In this document: one piece after another, positions 18,287 to 27,013 of the stretch
How the letters are laid out: each line of letters begins with the position of its first letter
How positions within the stretch are numbered: the stretch's first letter is position 1
Notes under the pieces: generated by a model
Told to the model about the DNA's origin: nothing
The model's database searches: none
What the model saw: only the letters and a program-made list of their open reading frames with translations
From: Blochmannia endosymbiont of Camponotus nipponensis
Lineage (GTDB): Bacteria > Pseudomonadota > Gammaproteobacteria > Enterobacterales > Enterobacteriaceae
DNA length: 32,000 bases
Direction: 5' to 3'
Assembly (NCBI RefSeq): GCF_009827135.1
Contig: NZ_CP046534.1
Coordinates: 630,001 to 662,000 of the forward strand
Translations under genes and position numbers: made by a program

Positions 18287-19771
18287 ATGCAAGCAACATC
18301 TATTACTCAAGCATGTAATTTAATTATTTTTGGAGCCAAAGGCGATTTAACACGTAGGAAATTGTTTCCTTCGTTATACCAATTGGAAAAAATGGGAGCT
18401 ATTCATCCTGATACACGTATTATAGGAGTAGGTCGAGCAGAATGGAGTCTTATGATGTATATTGAAGTTGTATATGCTGCTTTAAAAACATTTATGCAAG
18501 AGCCTATTGATGAGGCATTATGGCATATCTTTAAATCGCGACTTGATTTTTGTAATTTAGATGTTCATCAAACTACCCGATTTGTTTTTTTGTTAGATAA
18601 ATTAAAAAATATAGACGTGATAACAGTAAATTATCTTGCCATGCCCCCTGACACTTTTGGTGTAATATGTAAAGGGTTAAGTACTATTGGACTAAATAAA
18701 GCATTGAATCGTGTAGTTATAGAAAAACCATTGGGCACTAATTTAGCTTCTGCTCGTATTATTAATCAGCAGATATCAGAATATTTTGAGGAGAAACAAA
18801 TTTATCGTATTGATCATTATTTGGGGAAAGAAACAGTGTTGAATTTGTTGGCATTGCGTTTTGCAAATTATTTGTTTTCTTCAAATTGGGATAATAGTAC
18901 CATTGATCACGTGCAAATTACTGTGGCGGAAGAAGTAGGTATTGAAGGTCGTTGGAAATATTTTGATTCGATGGGACAAATGCGTGATATGATACAGAGT
19001 CATTTATTACAGATTTTAACTATTATAGCCATGGCACCTCCATCTAATTTAAGTGCTGATTGTATTCGAGATGAAAAAGTTAAAGTGCTTCGTTCTCTAC
19101 GGAAAATTGACTGTAGTAATATACATGATGTTACGGTGCGTGGGCAGTATACGTCTGGTTTTATTCAAGGAAAACCAGTTCCAGGTTATTTAGAAGAAGA
19201 GGGGGCTAATAAAATCAGTAATACTGAGACATTTGTTTCTATTTGTGTTAATATAGATAATTGGCGTTGGGCTGGTGTTCCATTTTATCTGCGTACTGGA
19301 AAAAGATTACCAACTAAGTGTTCTGAAATTGTAATTTGTTTTAAAAAACCAATGATTAATTTGTTTCCTGATTCTTATAAAGAATTGCCTAATAATAAGT
19401 TGACTATTCGATTACAACCAGACGAAGGTATAGATGTTCAAATTTTAAACAAAATACCCGGGTTAGGTCATAAGCATCGATTACGAACTACTAAACTAAA
19501 TTTAAGTTTCTACGAAACTTTTTATCCAGAACATATAGTTGATGCATATGAGCGTTTATTGTTAGAAACTATGCGTGGAATTCAGGCATTGTTTGTACGT
19601 CGTGATGAAATAGAAGGTGCTTGGGCATGGGTTGATTCTGTGATTGAAACTTGGGAGTTGGAAAATAATATTCCCCAGTTGTATCAGGCTGGTACTTGGG
19701 GGCCTGTAGATTCCATGACTATGATTGCTAAAGATGGGCGTTCTTGGAACGAATATAAATTATATATGTGA
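18287..19771 (+). CDS. zwf: Glucose-6-phosphate 1-dehydrogenase
   Basis: The 494-aa ORF is collinear with E. coli Zwf (IFGAKGDL.RRKL.PSLYQLEK, RIIGVGRA, YRIDHYLGKETVLNLLALRFAN, TIDHV.ITVAEEVGIEGRW.YFD..GQMRDMIQ.HLLQIL, RDEKVKVL.SLR, GVPFYLRTGKRLPTKCSE, DAYERLLLETMRGIQALFVRRDE). Confidence 0.97.
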   Translation: MQATSITQACNLIIFGAKGDLTRRKLFPSLYQLEKMGAIHPDTRIIGVGRAEWSLMMYIEVVYAALKTFMQEPIDEALWHIFKSRLDFCNLDVHQTTRFVFLLDKLKNIDVITVNYLAMPPDTFGVICKGLSTIGLNKALNRVVIEKPLGTNLASARIINQQISEYFEEKQIYRIDHYLGKETVLNLLALRFANYLFSSNWDNSTIDHVQITVAEEVGIEGRWKYFDSMGQMRDMIQSHLLQILTIIAMAPPSNLSADCIRDEKVKVLRSLRKIDCSNIHDVTVRGQYTSGFIQGKPVPGYLEEEGANKISNTETFVSICVNIDNWRWAGVPFYLRTGKRLPTKCSEIVICFKKPMINLFPDSYKELPNNKLTIRLQPDEGIDVQILNKIPGLGHKHRLRTTKLNLSFYETFYPEHIVDAYERLLLETMRGIQALFVRRDEIEGAWAWVDSVIETWELENNIPQLYQAGTWGPVDSMTMIAKDGRSWNEYKLYM

Positions 19772-20009
19772 TAATTTTTTTGTAAATTATTAATAATCAT
19801 TGATTCTTTAGTATCATTAATAGATGAAATTTTATAATTGTCATTATTTTTAAAGGATATCTGTGGCAATTGAATGTTTTTAATTATTTAAAAATAATAT
19901 AAAAAATATTTATATATAATATAAGAGATTATTTAAACTTGAGAATTATGAATATAATTGTTTGTTGCTCAAATGTTTAAGTGTTTTGTTAAAGAGGAAA
20001 ATGGTTTTT

Positions 20010-20945
20010 ATGACGCGTATTATATTATTTTTGATTACTAATTTATCGGTAATGATACTATTCGGTAGTATATTAAGTGTATTGGGGTGTTGTTCTTCCA
20101 CCACATTGGGGTTAATGAGAACAGCTGGGATATTTGGTTTTGGAGGAGCTCTTGTTTCTTTATTTTTATCAAAATCTGTGGCTTTATCTACAGTTAATGG
20201 CGTGATAATTAGCAAAGCATCTAATGATGTAGAATATTGGTTACTGAGAATAATACATGATCAAGCTAAAAAATTAAAAATCGTTTCGCCACAGTTAGCT
20301 GTTTATGATGCTATGGATATGAATGCTTTTGCTACAGGAGCAAGAAGAAATGCAGCACTAATAGCTGTCAGTACTGGTCTTTTAAAAAATATGAGTAAAG
20401 AATCTATTGAAGCTGTTGTCGCTCATGAAATGAATCACATCGCTTCTGGAGATATGATTACTATGACTCTTATTCAAGGTGTCATAAATACTGTCGTGAT
20501 TTTTGTATCACGTAGTATTGCTAAATTGATTGCTTACTGGATGTCCTTTATGCGTGATCAAGATAATACAGAGTTAGAAATCTATAGTAATAATAATTAT
20601 AGTGATATAAATAATTCTTTAGTGTATTTCGTTGTATCAGCATTTTTAGAGGTTTTTTTTGGCATGTTTGCTAGTATAATTGTTTTTTGGTTTTCACGGC
20701 ACCGTGAATTTTACGCGGATGCTGGAGCCGCTAAACTAGTAGGATGTAAAAATATGATTTTTGCTTTACAGGAGTTACAGCATAGTCATGAACCTATAAC
20801 ATCTAATAATATTGTTACGTTATATATTAATAGTGTAAAAAAAAATATATTTAGCGATTTATTTGCATCGCATCCTTCTATAGATAAAAGAATAGAAGCA
20901 TTACGGCATGGTATTTATTTAGATAAATCATCTTATTTTTTATAA
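20010..20945 (+). CDS. htpX: Membrane zinc metalloprotease HtpX
   Basis: Collinear with E. coli HtpX (M.RI.LFL.TNL.VM..FG, FGFGG..VSL..SK, MNAFATGARR.A.LIAVSTGLL.NMS, the HExxH motif as VAHEMNHIASGDM.TMTLIQGV.NT.VIF.SR, FSRHREF.ADAG.AKLVG, HP..DKRIEALR.G.YL). The track starts at 19962. The ATG at 20010 (MTRIILF) matches E. coli, and the ATG at 20001, 3 nt after AAGAGGAAA, is an alternative. There is an N/Y/S-rich insertion relative to E. coli in the loop around MRDQDNTELEIYSNNNYSDINNS. Confidence 0.93.
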   Translation: MTRIILFLITNLSVMILFGSILSVLGCCSSTTLGLMRTAGIFGFGGALVSLFLSKSVALSTVNGVIISKASNDVEYWLLRIIHDQAKKLKIVSPQLAVYDAMDMNAFATGARRNAALIAVSTGLLKNMSKESIEAVVAHEMNHIASGDMITMTLIQGVINTVVIFVSRSIAKLIAYWMSFMRDQDNTELEIYSNNNYSDINNSLVYFVVSAFLEVFFGMFASIIVFWFSRHREFYADAGAAKLVGCKNMIFALQELQHSHEPITSNNIVTLYINSVKKNIFSDLFASHPSIDKRIEALRHGIYLDKSSYFL

Positions 20946-20983
20946 ATATAAAAGTCTGTAATTAAAGATAACAATTATGGTTT

Positions 20984-21010
20984 CATGAGTGTGAATAATA
21001 ATCACTCATG
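20984..21010 (+). terminator. Candidate htpX terminator hairpin (8-bp stem CATGAGTG/CACTCATG, 11-nt loop)
   Basis: A perfect 8-bp stem with four G-C pairs lies 39 nt downstream of the htpX stop. TTAATTATG follows, which is only a weak T tail. Confidence 0.35.
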
Positions 21011-21547
21011 TTAATTATGAAGTAAAGAAGTCTATGTTATTTGTGTATAGTATTTTTTATGGTTATAATATTTTTATGGGGATATTTATTTTAATTGTTG
21101 TTATATTGTAAAAATGGCGAAGAAATTTGTTTTGTTTTTAGTTTTTATGTGGTAGAAATAGTAGTCGTAGAAAAATTTTTATTATATTTAGTTTTTTAGA
21201 TATTATTGTTAACTGCATGAGTTGATTTGTATGAATGAGTTTATACATTGTTATTAATGTAGTTTAGTTATTGAGATATTATCATTAACAATAATAGAGC
21301 TAAAAATAAATGAATATTTTATATATTGTTGCTACAGATTATATAATTATGTAATTATATGATAAAATGTCAGGTAAACCGAGATATGTTTCCGTATATA
21401 GGTAGTATTTTGATAATTCAGTAAAGAAGTGTTATGTATGAATAATATAATTTCCTCTTATTTGAATGTTTCACGAGAATAATAACTCTGGTTTGTCTTT
21501 TAATCGCTGTTACGGCAAATGTAAACACTCTAAAGGAAATACGTAAG

Positions 21548-21757
21548 ATGGCAAAAATTAAAGGTCAAGTAAAATGGTTTAATGAATCTAAAGGTTTTGG
21601 TTTTATTACGCCGTCGGATGGCAGCAAAGATGTATTTGTACATTTTTCTGCTATTCAAGGAAATGGATTTAAGACTTTGTCTGAAGGACAAAGCGTGGAA
21701 TTTGAAATTCAGGATGGACATAAAGGCCCATCTGCTGTGAATGTGACGGCGTTATGA
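21548..21757 (+). CDS. cspC: Cold-shock-domain protein CspC
   Basis: The 69-aa [72 protein letters not shown] differs from E. coli CspC at only a handful of positions and is closer to CspC than to CspE. AAGGAAA lies about 8 nt upstream of the ATG. Confidence 0.95.
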   Translation: MAKIKGQVKWFNESKGFGFITPSDGSKDVFVHFSAIQGNGFKTLSEGQSVEFEIQDGHKGPSAVNVTAL

Positions 21758-21991
21758 TGATTTATGTATAGTTATTTATATTATTAAAATAATAATAATA
21801 TAAGATTGTTTTGAAAATAAACAGCGAGTATCGTGGTACAAATTTACTGTTGATATGACATACATAGTACTTTTTTAGGCATCAAATATATACAGATATA
21901 TAATATAGTTTAGGTACTAATGTGTTAATTTAGTAATTTTGCTGAGATCTGAGAATAATGGATGATGGTTGCAGCTGTGCTGGCGCTATTG

Positions 21992-22058
21992 CTTGAAAAA
22001 GAGAGCCTATGATATGTATGAGACATTATCATACATATCATAGGCTCTCTTTTTCAAG
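21992..22058. terminator. Bidirectional intrinsic terminator: perfect 30-bp stem, 7-nt loop, between convergent cspC and manZ
   Basis: The left arm CTTGAAAAAGAGAGCCTATGATATGTATGA (21992-22021), loop GACATTA, and a right arm (22029-22058) that is the exact reverse complement. The GAGAGCC/GGCTCTC core is flanked by A5/T5, so a transcript from either direction reads stem then U-run. The + strand additionally has GTTTTATTT after the stem. The manZ stop is 12 nt away. Confidence 0.7.
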
Positions 22059-22070
22059 GTTTTATTTACA

Positions 22071-22937
22071 CTAAAGACTTAGTAGTCCTGTCCAATATCC
22101 AAAAATTCCAATCCCGAAAAATCCCATAATAATCCATAGTGCATTTATTTTGTTATTTAGCAACCACATACAAGAAAATGTTAATAATAAAGGAATAAAT
22201 CCAGGCATAAGTTGATCTAAAATATTTTGTACAGTTGTAACTATTGTATTTCCATTATTATCAGTAATTTTAGATAACACACATGGTATGTTTACGTGTG
22301 TCCATTTGTTAACTAATGCTCCCATAACAAATAAACCTAAAATTGAAGAACCTTCTGTTAGTTTTCGTAACACTCCCCCTCCCATATCATTAACAATGCT
22401 AATTCCTTTTTTATAGCCATATGTAATGCCATAATAACGGGTAGTTAATCTAGTTGTATTAAATAAAATAAAAAATAAACACGGTCCCAATAAGTTTCCG
22501 CTAATAGCGATTCCAGCTCCTAAGGCAGCAAATACCGGTCTAAGGGTTCCCCAAAATATCGGATCTCCCACTCCAGCAAGAGGTCCCATCAACCCTACTT
22601 TTAAACCATTAATAGAAGCATTATCTACAGTAGTAGCACCATTGGCTTTTTGTTCTTCCATGGCCATAGTAACTCCTAATATAGGGGCAGCAACATATGG
22701 GTGTGTATTAAAAAATTCTAAATGTCGTTTAATTGCTTCTTTTTGTTCGTTGCTGTTTTTGGGATATAAACGTCGAATTACTGGAATTATGGAAAAACAA
22801 AATCCTAATGCCTGCATACGCTCAAAGTTCCAAGATCCTTGGAAAAGATTAGATCGTATAAAAACTGCGCGTATATCATTTTTTTTTAGTTTTATTTTTT
22901 TTGTTTTAATATAGATTTTTTGAGGATTATTAATCAT
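22071..22937 (-). CDS. manZ: Mannose PTS EIID component
   Basis: The 288-aa ORF is collinear with E. coli ManZ (DIR.VF.RSNLFQGSWNFERMQALGFCFS, RHLEFFNT.P.VAAPILGVT.A.EE..ANG, GLMGPLAGVGDPIFWGT.RPVFAALGAGIA.SG.LLGP.LFFILFN, LTEG.SILGLFVMGALVNKWTHVNIP). Confidence 0.96.
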   Translation of the reverse strand: MINNPQKIYIKTKKIKLKKNDIRAVFIRSNLFQGSWNFERMQALGFCFSIIPVIRRLYPKNSNEQKEAIKRHLEFFNTHPYVAAPILGVTMAMEEQKANGATTVDNASINGLKVGLMGPLAGVGDPIFWGTLRPVFAALGAGIAISGNLLGPCLFFILFNTTRLTTRYYGITYGYKKGISIVNDMGGGVLRKLTEGSSILGLFVMGALVNKWTHVNIPCVLSKITDNNGNTIVTTVQNILDQLMPGFIPLLLTFSCMWLLNNKINALWIIMGFFGIGIFGYWTGLLSL

Positions 22938-22949
22938 GATAATTACCTA

Positions 22950-23759
22950 TTAATCTAATTCATCATCAATTTTATTTGTGGATCGAACAGGTGAGTTAGA
23001 AATATTTTGTGTTGTAACTTGATTATAGCGCGGAGACAATTGGATATATAGAATAGCCATAACTACACCAATGACTCCTAATGCGACTAAATTGAAATCG
23101 GTAAAGGCTGTGATAACGAATCCTAAATAAAAAAATGGCATTAAATATCCGGTTCGCATCATGTTTATAACCATAGCATAGCCAACTACAACAATAATAC
23201 CTCCAGCAACGTTTAAACCATTAGTTATTACTTCTGGAATTGCATGGAGTATACGATGCACAGGTTCAGTACCAACGGAAATTCCAACAATAGTGGCTGG
23301 AATGGCAACACGCATAGCTTGCAACATAAGAGCTGTAACATGAATATAGCTTAAAATTTTAATATCACAGCGTTCTGCTGCTGTGTCAGCAGCATGCTGA
23401 AACGCTACAGTAATAGAGCGTACAATAATAGTTAATACTTGCCCAGCAGCAGCTAATGGAATAGCTAAAGCGATGCCTGCGCTAATAGGTTGTTGTCCCA
23501 CAATGACTAAAATAGTAGAAATGATTGCAGCTAAAGCAGTATCAGGGGCTACAGCAGCTCCTATATTCATCCATCCTAGTGCTATCATTTCCAATGTACC
23601 TCCAATAATGATCCCTGTTTTTATATCTCCCAAAATTAATCCGATGAGTGTACAGGCTATTAATGGTCTATGACATTGAAATTCATCAAGTATTGAACCC
23701 ATTCCTATAATACAAGATATAAGAAATAATAAGATAATTTGAAGTGTGTTAATTTCCAT
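22950..23759 (-). CDS. manY: Mannose PTS EIIC component
   Basis: Collinear with E. coli ManY (MEI.TLQI.L.F...CI.GMGSILDEFQ.HRPLIACTL.G..LGD.KTGIIIGGTLEMIALGWMNIGAAVAPD, AGQVLTIIVR.ITVAFQHAAD, GYAMVINMMR.GYLMPFFYLGFV). The track starts at 23792. The ATG at 23759 (MEINTLQI) matches the E. coli start and has AGGAAA 5 nt upstream. Confidence 0.95.
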   Translation of the reverse strand: MEINTLQIILLFLISCIIGMGSILDEFQCHRPLIACTLIGLILGDIKTGIIIGGTLEMIALGWMNIGAAVAPDTALAAIISTILVIVGQQPISAGIALAIPLAAAGQVLTIIVRSITVAFQHAADTAAERCDIKILSYIHVTALMLQAMRVAIPATIVGISVGTEPVHRILHAIPEVITNGLNVAGGIIVVVGYAMVINMMRTGYLMPFFYLGFVITAFTDFNLVALGVIGVVMAILYIQLSPRYNQVTTQNISNSPVRSTNKIDDELD

Positions 23760-23849
23760 TTCATTTTCCTGAATATATGAAAATAAAAACATTGCATTAG
23801 TGTGGTATGTATATAAAACTGTTAAATAAAAATACGTAATTTAAGTGAA

Positions 23850-24836
23850 TTAAGAATTATTGATTTTTTTTATTAATTGCATCATTTTTAATGATGGATC
23901 TGATGGTACTTTACGTGCTTCTAATTCAATACCATATTGATCTAGTTTTTTAAAAGCTTCAATATCTGCTTTATTCACTGATATAGAATCATTTATTTGC
24001 TTCTTATCTTTATAAAAAGCCATTCCTCCAATATTTACTGTTTTGATAGGAATTCCATCTTCAACAAGACGTAAAACATCTGTAGGATTAGTGAATAACA
24101 TGATAACTTTATCGCCAGCATATTTAGGGTTATTATATACACGTATAGTTTTGTTGATATCTATAACATGAGCGGTTATTCCTGGAGGTGTTACTTGAGT
24201 AAGTAAAGTTTTTCGGATTGTGTCTTTAGATACTTCATCGTTTACTACAATAATACGTTTAATGTTGTATTCTTTAGCCCAACGAGTGACTACTTGCCCA
24301 TGAATTAATCTATCATCAATACGTGCTAAACAAATAATCATATGGTTTTTGGGGTTAGTATTGTTTTCATGTAATGGTGAAGGTATGAAGGTGCTTGCAG
24401 TAGTATTTTTTGCATCATGTGAATGATGGTTATGCATTAAAGAATATTTTACTGATTTTATGCTTTCATTACCAGATTTTAATGCAATTTGTACTAGTTC
24501 CTGAAAAGAATGGATATCATCGCGTGCCATAAAAACTTCAATTAACATAGGGATGTTTATCCCTGTAACAACATCGTATTTTTCTTTGTTTAACACGATA
24601 CTGTGAGCGGCATTAAAAGGGCTTCCTCCCCAGGTGTCTACTAGGAATAATACACCTGCGCTTTTATTAAGTTTCGATAAATGTATTTGATATTTTTTAA
24701 TTAGTATTTCAGTATTTTCTTCGGGAAGTAAGTCAACCCATGCAACGTTTTTTTGTTGTCCTACAATCATTTCAGTAGTTTTAAGTAATTGTTCACATAC
24801 AGAACCGTGAGCCCCTAATATAATAGCAATAGTCAC
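23850..24836 (-). CDS. manX: Mannose PTS EIIAB component
   Basis: The 328-aa ORF is collinear with E. coli ManX (MTIAI..G.HG...EQLLKT.EM, VLFLVDTWGGSPFNAA, LARIDDRLIHGQV.TRW.KE.N..RIIVV.DEV..DT.RKTLLTQV.PPG.TAHV.D, RVYNNPKYAG..V..LFTNPTDV.RLVE.G, GIELE.RKV..DP.LKMM.LI.KI). The start codon is GTG at 24836, with AAGAGGAAA 6-7 nt upstream. Confidence 0.96.
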   Translation of the reverse strand: MTIAIILGAHGSVCEQLLKTTEMIVGQQKNVAWVDLLPEENTEILIKKYQIHLSKLNKSAGVLFLVDTWGGSPFNAAHSIVLNKEKYDVVTGINIPMLIEVFMARDDIHSFQELVQIALKSGNESIKSVKYSLMHNHHSHDAKNTTASTFIPSPLHENNTNPKNHMIICLARIDDRLIHGQVVTRWAKEYNIKRIIVVNDEVSKDTIRKTLLTQVTPPGITAHVIDINKTIRVYNNPKYAGDKVIMLFTNPTDVLRLVEDGIPIKTVNIGGMAFYKDKKQINDSISVNKADIEAFKKLDQYGIELEARKVPSDPSLKMMQLIKKINNS

Positions 24837-25396
24837 TATTTTTTCCTCTTTTATGTATTTTTAGTGATTTCACTTGTTATTTTAAGCGATTTATTTCGGT
24901 TTTTAAAACAATAAGTATATATCTTTAGTTGTGTATCGTACTACTTAATAATGTATTATATATTAAATATGATATATAGGCTAACGTTTCTTTGACACAT
25001 ATAAAATAAAATTATATATAATTATTTCAGTTACTTTTGATTTTTTTTAATTAATGTAGATTAAAATGATCATTAGATACTAAAAAAAACCTATTAGGTT
25101 ATACTATTTTTTTTATAATAATGCATTATCTTTAATGTTAATATGTTTGTTTTTAATAATTTACAAAGATATGTTATGCCACATCAACAATGGTAATATC
25201 ACTACTTAAGTAATATTCATATAATTTATAGGTGATATATGTATTGACTGTTATTAATACCCTCCTCTACACAAGCGATAAAAATGATCGTGTTTGATTT
25301 ATTGCTTATAACTTCATTATGTAATCAGATATTTTAATATGTTTATATAAATATGCCATGAAATGATTTGTTATTTAATATTCAATGGAGATTATC

Positions 25397-26953
25397 GTGG
25401 AATTTTTAACAGACATATCAATGTGGATAGGATTATTAACATTAGTGATTTTAGAAATTGTACTTGGTGTAGATAATCTTGTTTTCATTACTATTTTAGC
25501 TGATAAACTTCCAAAAAAACAACGTGAACGTGCATGTATTATTGGTTTAACATTAGCGTTAATAATGCGTGTAGCATTATTAACTTTGATTTCATGGTTT
25601 GCTACTCTTACGCATCCATTGTGTAAGATTGTTGGTTTTTCATTTTCTGGTAGAGATTTAATTTTATTATTTGGTGGTATTTTTCTTTTATTTAAAGCAA
25701 CCACTGAATTGCATCAACAATTAGAATATAAAGTGCATAGTCATACTAGCCGTGGATATGCTAGTTTTTGGGTAGTAGTAATACAAATTGTAGTATTTGA
25801 TGCTATTTTTTCTCTTGATGCAGTGATAACAGCTGTTGGAACAGTAGAAAATTTAACAACAATGATAATAGCAGTTGTTATAGCAGTAGTTCTTATGTCG
25901 TTATCATCTCGTTTATTGATTAATTTTATTAATAGTCATCAAACTGTAGTAGTTTTATGTTTGAGTTTTTTATTAATTATTGGTTTGAGTTTAATTGCAG
26001 AGGGAATCGGATTTTATATACCAAAAGGTTATTTATATGTTGCTATTGGATTTTCGGTGTTAATTGAATTGTTCAATCAAATTGCTTACTGTAATTCTAT
26101 GAAGGGTCAATCAACTAAATCAATGCGTGAACGTACTGCAGAAGTAATTATGAGATTAATGGGTAATGCAGTAGAATGGAATTTTGTTGCAGAAAAAAAT
26201 TCTTTAGATTCCTTACCAAAAACACATTTTGCTGAAGAGGAGCGTCATATGATTACTGGAGTGTTATCATTAGCTTCACGCACCTTACGTAGTATAATGA
26301 CTCCTCGTAATGAGATTTCATGGTTGGATACTCAAAAACCAGTACAAGAATTATATTCTACGTTAATGAATACTCCTCATAATATGTTTCCAGTATGTAA
26401 TGGTGAATTAGATCAATTAATAGGAATTGTTCGTGCTAAAGATTTAATGGCAGCTATTGCTAATGGAGAGCAAGTGGAAACACATGCTTCAGAAAGTTTG
26501 CCTGTTGTAGTTCCAGAAACTTTGGATGTCTTGAATTTGTTAAAAGAATTGCGACGTGCGAAAGGTAGTATGGTGATTGTATCTAATGAGTTTGGTATTA
26601 TTCAAGGTTTAATAACTCCATTGGATGTTTTGGAAGCTATAGCGGGGGAATTTCCTGATGAAGATGAAACACCAGAAATTGAAATCATTAACAATGGAAC
26701 AGGTTGGTTAGCAAAAGGTAGTATGGATTTGCATGCATTACAACAAGCATTACAGGCTCACGATTTAGTACACGAATGTTATCATGTCGCTTCTTTAGCT
26801 GGATTATTATTATCTCGTTGTGAGCGTATACCAAAAGAGGGTGACGTATTGATAATCAATAAATGGCGTTTTATAATTCGAAAAATGATAGAGTATCGTA
26901 TTGAATTAGTGGAGATAGAACGTTTTGTTTTTTCTAATGATATATATAAGTAA
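25397..26953 (+). CDS. yoaE: TerC-family membrane protein with C-terminal CBS-pair/CorC domain (YoaE)
   Basis: Collinear with E. coli YoaE ([180 protein letters not shown]). The track start ATG at 25385 has no SD. The in-frame GTG at 25397 has GGAG 6 nt upstream and gives (M)EFLTD..., matching the E. coli MEFLMD. The start is therefore ambiguous between 25385 and 25397. Confidence 0.92.
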   Translation: MEFLTDISMWIGLLTLVILEIVLGVDNLVFITILADKLPKKQRERACIIGLTLALIMRVALLTLISWFATLTHPLCKIVGFSFSGRDLILLFGGIFLLFKATTELHQQLEYKVHSHTSRGYASFWVVVIQIVVFDAIFSLDAVITAVGTVENLTTMIIAVVIAVVLMSLSSRLLINFINSHQTVVVLCLSFLLIIGLSLIAEGIGFYIPKGYLYVAIGFSVLIELFNQIAYCNSMKGQSTKSMRERTAEVIMRLMGNAVEWNFVAEKNSLDSLPKTHFAEEERHMITGVLSLASRTLRSIMTPRNEISWLDTQKPVQELYSTLMNTPHNMFPVCNGELDQLIGIVRAKDLMAAIANGEQVETHASESLPVVVPETLDVLNLLKELRRAKGSMVIVSNEFGIIQGLITPLDVLEAIAGEFPDEDETPEIEIINNGTGWLAKGSMDLHALQQALQAHDLVHECYHVASLAGLLLSRCERIPKEGDVLIINKWRFIIRKMIEYRIELVEIERFVFSNDIYK

Positions 26954-27013
26954 CAGTATTTATGTGTACACGTATCTGGAAGTAACATTGTACACGAGTA
27001 AGTTGAAGTGTAA

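Noticed and set aside
19684-20215. Two minus-strand ORFs, 19684-19869 (61 aa) and 19946-20215 (89 aa).
   Set aside because: They overlap the zwf 3' end and the htpX 5' end in antisense, and their composition is typical of chance frames.
21530-21721. A 63-aa minus-strand ORF antisense to cspC.
   Set aside because: cspC on the plus strand is nearly identical to E. coli CspC, so the antisense frame is a shadow.
22642-23673. Plus-strand ORFs 22642-22914 and 23473-23673, inside manZ and manY.
   Set aside because: Antisense shadow ORFs in conserved PTS genes.
25375-25704. A 109-aa minus-strand ORF overlapping the yoaE 5' end.
   Set aside because: It is antisense to the conserved TerC-domain region of yoaE and has no SD or homology.
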